Of a stretch of 44,097 nucleotides of DNA, positions 42,482-44,097 are shown piece after piece. The notes below the pieces were generated by a model. That model saw only the letters and a program-made list of their open reading frames with translations, ran no database searches and was not told the origin of the DNA. The stretch's first letter is position 1, and each line of letters opens with the position of its first letter. This stretch comes from Alphaproteobacteria bacterium (GTDB lineage Bacteria; Pseudomonadota; Alphaproteobacteria; UBA2136; UBA6156): assembly GCA_020249005.1 (NCBI GenBank), contig JADCGN010000005.1:1-44097 (forward strand). Direction: 5' to 3'. The translations under genes were made by a program, and so were the position numbers.

Positions 42482-43438
42482 TAAGCGGTGCGCCAACGTC
42501 TCAAGCGCCGCCACGCGCGCGGCTTCCATGGCTGGGGTGCCGCGGTGGCCGCAGGCGGGAATCATGCTCAGTTCCGGCTGGCCGCCTGCTGCCCGCAAGG
42601 CTTCCGCCAGGCGGTAGGCGCCGGCGGGGGGGCAGACCATATCTTGCAGGCCCTGTTGAATGAAAATTGGCAGGTGCGCCAACTTATGGGCGTTGGCCAG
42701 CTGTTCGCCGGGCTGCAGGTCGCAGCGGCGACTGTAAAACGAGGCCTCAATCAGCGCATTGGCTTGCCCAGCCGGGCTCGCAAAATAGGTCTGAATACCG
42801 GTTTCATCAGGGCTTAGGTCGGCAGCTAAAGCGTGACAGGCAATCATCGTCCGGATGGATTCCGGCCCCTGGGCCGTGAGTTCCTGAATCATCGTCAGCC
42901 CTGTGGCTGTAGGTGAGAGCTTGCGGAGTTCATGAAAGGCGGCAGGCACAAACAGCGCCAGGCCGTTGGGCTGCGTGGCCCATTCCCAAGTAAAGTCCTC
43001 ATCCGGGAAAAAGCAGGCCGAAATGCACAGGCTGCGTACCTGCGGTGTGTGGCGTTCGGCATAGATGACCGCCAGCGCGCTGCCCCAACTGCTGCCGTAC
43101 ACGCAGGCCCATGCGGCAATCCCAAGGTGCTCCCGAATCCGTTCGCAATCGGCCACCAGGTGCGGCGTGGTGTTGGCGTGCAGGGGGCCCTCGGCGGGCG
43201 GCGTACTGCGACCACAGCCGCGTTGGTCGAAGCAGACAATCCGCCACTTGGTGGGGTCGAATCGCTGCCGATGGGTGGGCTTGCAGCCGCTCCCAGGGCC
43301 GCCGTGCAGCACCAGCGCGGGCAGGCCGTTGGGGTTGCCGCTTTCTTCCACGTACAGCACGTGGCCATCGCCCACCGCCAATTGGTGCGTGGCGTAGGGT
43401 TCCAGTTCCGGATACAGCTGCGTGTTGGGGTCAATCAT
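42470..43438 (-). CDS. pip: Prolyl aminopeptidase (proline iminopeptidase), alpha/beta hydrolase
   Basis: LYPELEPYATHQLAVGDGHVLYVEESGNPNGLPALVLHGGPGSG, CFDQRGCGRS and nucleophile elbow GSSWGS, typical of Pip. Confidence 0.85.
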   Translation of the reverse strand: MIDPNTQLYPELEPYATHQLAVGDGHVLYVEESGNPNGLPALVLHGGPGSGCKPTHRQRFDPTKWRIVCFDQRGCGRSTPPAEGPLHANTTPHLVADCERIREHLGIAAWACVYGSSWGSALAVIYAERHTPQVRSLCISACFFPDEDFTWEWATQPNGLALFVPAAFHELRKLSPTATGLTMIQELTAQGPESIRTMIACHALAADLSPDETGIQTYFASPAGQANALIEASFYSRRCDLQPGEQLANAHKLAHLPIFIQQGLQDMVCPPAGAYRLAEALRAAGGQPELSMIPACGHRGTPAMEAARVAALETLAHRLLSS

Positions 43439-43524
43439 TCCCGCATTTTAAGCCCATTCCGGCTTGGCAAACAAGGCAAAATAGCCTAATTTGCGCGGGT
43501 TCAATTCAACAAAGGATGCTCCCC

Positions 43525-44097
43525 ATGCCCCGCCTTACGCTCCCCGATGGTTCCGTACGGGAGTATGCAGGTACCACCACCGGGCAGGCGGTGGCTGAAA
43601 GCATTGGGGCCGGCTTGGCCAAGGCTGCCGTGGCGATTGTGGTGGATGGCCAGCAGCAGGATCTTAGCGAACCAATCAGTGCCGACGCCAGCATCCGCAT
43701 CCTGACGGTGAAAGACCCCGCCGGCCTGGAGGTGGTGCGTCACACGTTGGCCGCCCAGGTGCTGGCCCGCGCGGTGAAGGAACTTTACCCCGCCGCCCGC
43801 CTGGCGATTGGCCCCACGATTGAGGATGGCTGCTACTACGACATTGCCTTTCCTAACCCAATTTCTTCGGATGACCTGCCGAAAATTGAGTCGCGAATGA
43901 AGGAAATTATTGCAGAGGGTAACGACGTAGTTAGAGAAGAAATTCATATTGCAAATCTGACCGATTATTTTCGGCGTATTTCTAATGAGCCATTTAAAAT
44001 AGAAATAATGGACGACCAGGTTCAGAAGGGTCGTTTAATTAAAAAGCCAGAAATTGCATTTGAAGGTTTTAGTGCTTATCGTCAAAAAAACACAAAA
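43525..44097 (+). CDS. thrS: Threonine--tRNA ligase, N-terminal part (TGS and editing-domain start); continues past the right edge
   Basis: Not in the track because it has no stop. My translation from the ATG at 43525 reads MPRLTLPDGSVREYAGTTTGQAVAESIGAGLAKAAVAIVVDGQQQDLSEPI...RHTLAAQVLARAVKELYPAARLAIGPTIEDGCYYDIAF... and aligns by eye with E. coli ThrS (ITLPDGS...IRHSCAHLL...MAIGPVIDNGFYYD). Confidence 0.9.
   Translation, partial: MPRLTLPDGSVREYAGTTTGQAVAESIGAGLAKAAVAIVVDGQQQDLSEPISADASIRILTVKDPAGLEVVRHTLAAQVLARAVKELYPAARLAIGPTIEDGCYYDIAFPNPISSDDLPKIESRMKEIIAEGNDVVREEIHIANLTDYFRRISNEPFKIEIMDDQVQKGRLIKKPEIAFEGFSAYRQKNTK

Overview
The window is a chromosomal segment from a high-GC Gram-negative bacterium, most likely a proteobacterium. 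Supporting evidence is the LPS genes lpxK, waaA and kdsB, the rph-rdgB-hemW synteny, and lipoproteins with lipoboxes. Most of it is housekeeping: hemW, rdgB, rph, bcp, yggT, xseA, an M23 peptidase, lpxK, waaA, kdsB, a DNA glycosylase, nth, galU, an epimerase, two glycosyltransferases, mutS, topA, pip and thrS. It also holds tRNA-Ala(GGC), tRNA-Arg(CCU) and a response-regulator/hybrid-histidine-kinase pair. I found no rRNA, CRISPR array, transposase, integrase or relaxase. The most unusual content is a co-directional block at 4546-11097, between yggT and xseA. It encodes a TraU-like and a TraF/TrbB-like periplasmic protein, a type IV coupling-protein-like ATPase whose membrane anchor appears to be a separate small gene, and several unassignable membrane, lipoprotein and cytoplasmic proteins. 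The rest of a type IV secretion or conjugation machine is absent. A second region to re-examine is a roughly 360-nt ORF-poor, helix-rich stretch (28201-28563) between tRNA-Ala and a possible 36-codon membrane ORF; I could not match it to tmRNA, RNase P RNA or SRP RNA. Also notable are a 1095-aa Ala/Leu-rich lipoprotein, a small islet with a nested palindromic element next to pip, a secreted SNase-like nuclease translationally coupled to mutS, and abrupt composition switches inside genes. Hand counts of single 60-nt rows range from 35% to 73% G+C, and one switch lies inside thrS. Many long ORFs in the track are antisense shadows of real genes in GC-rich DNA, and several track ORFs start too far upstream. 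The track also uses GTG/TTG starts. Where a better internal start was visible I used it.
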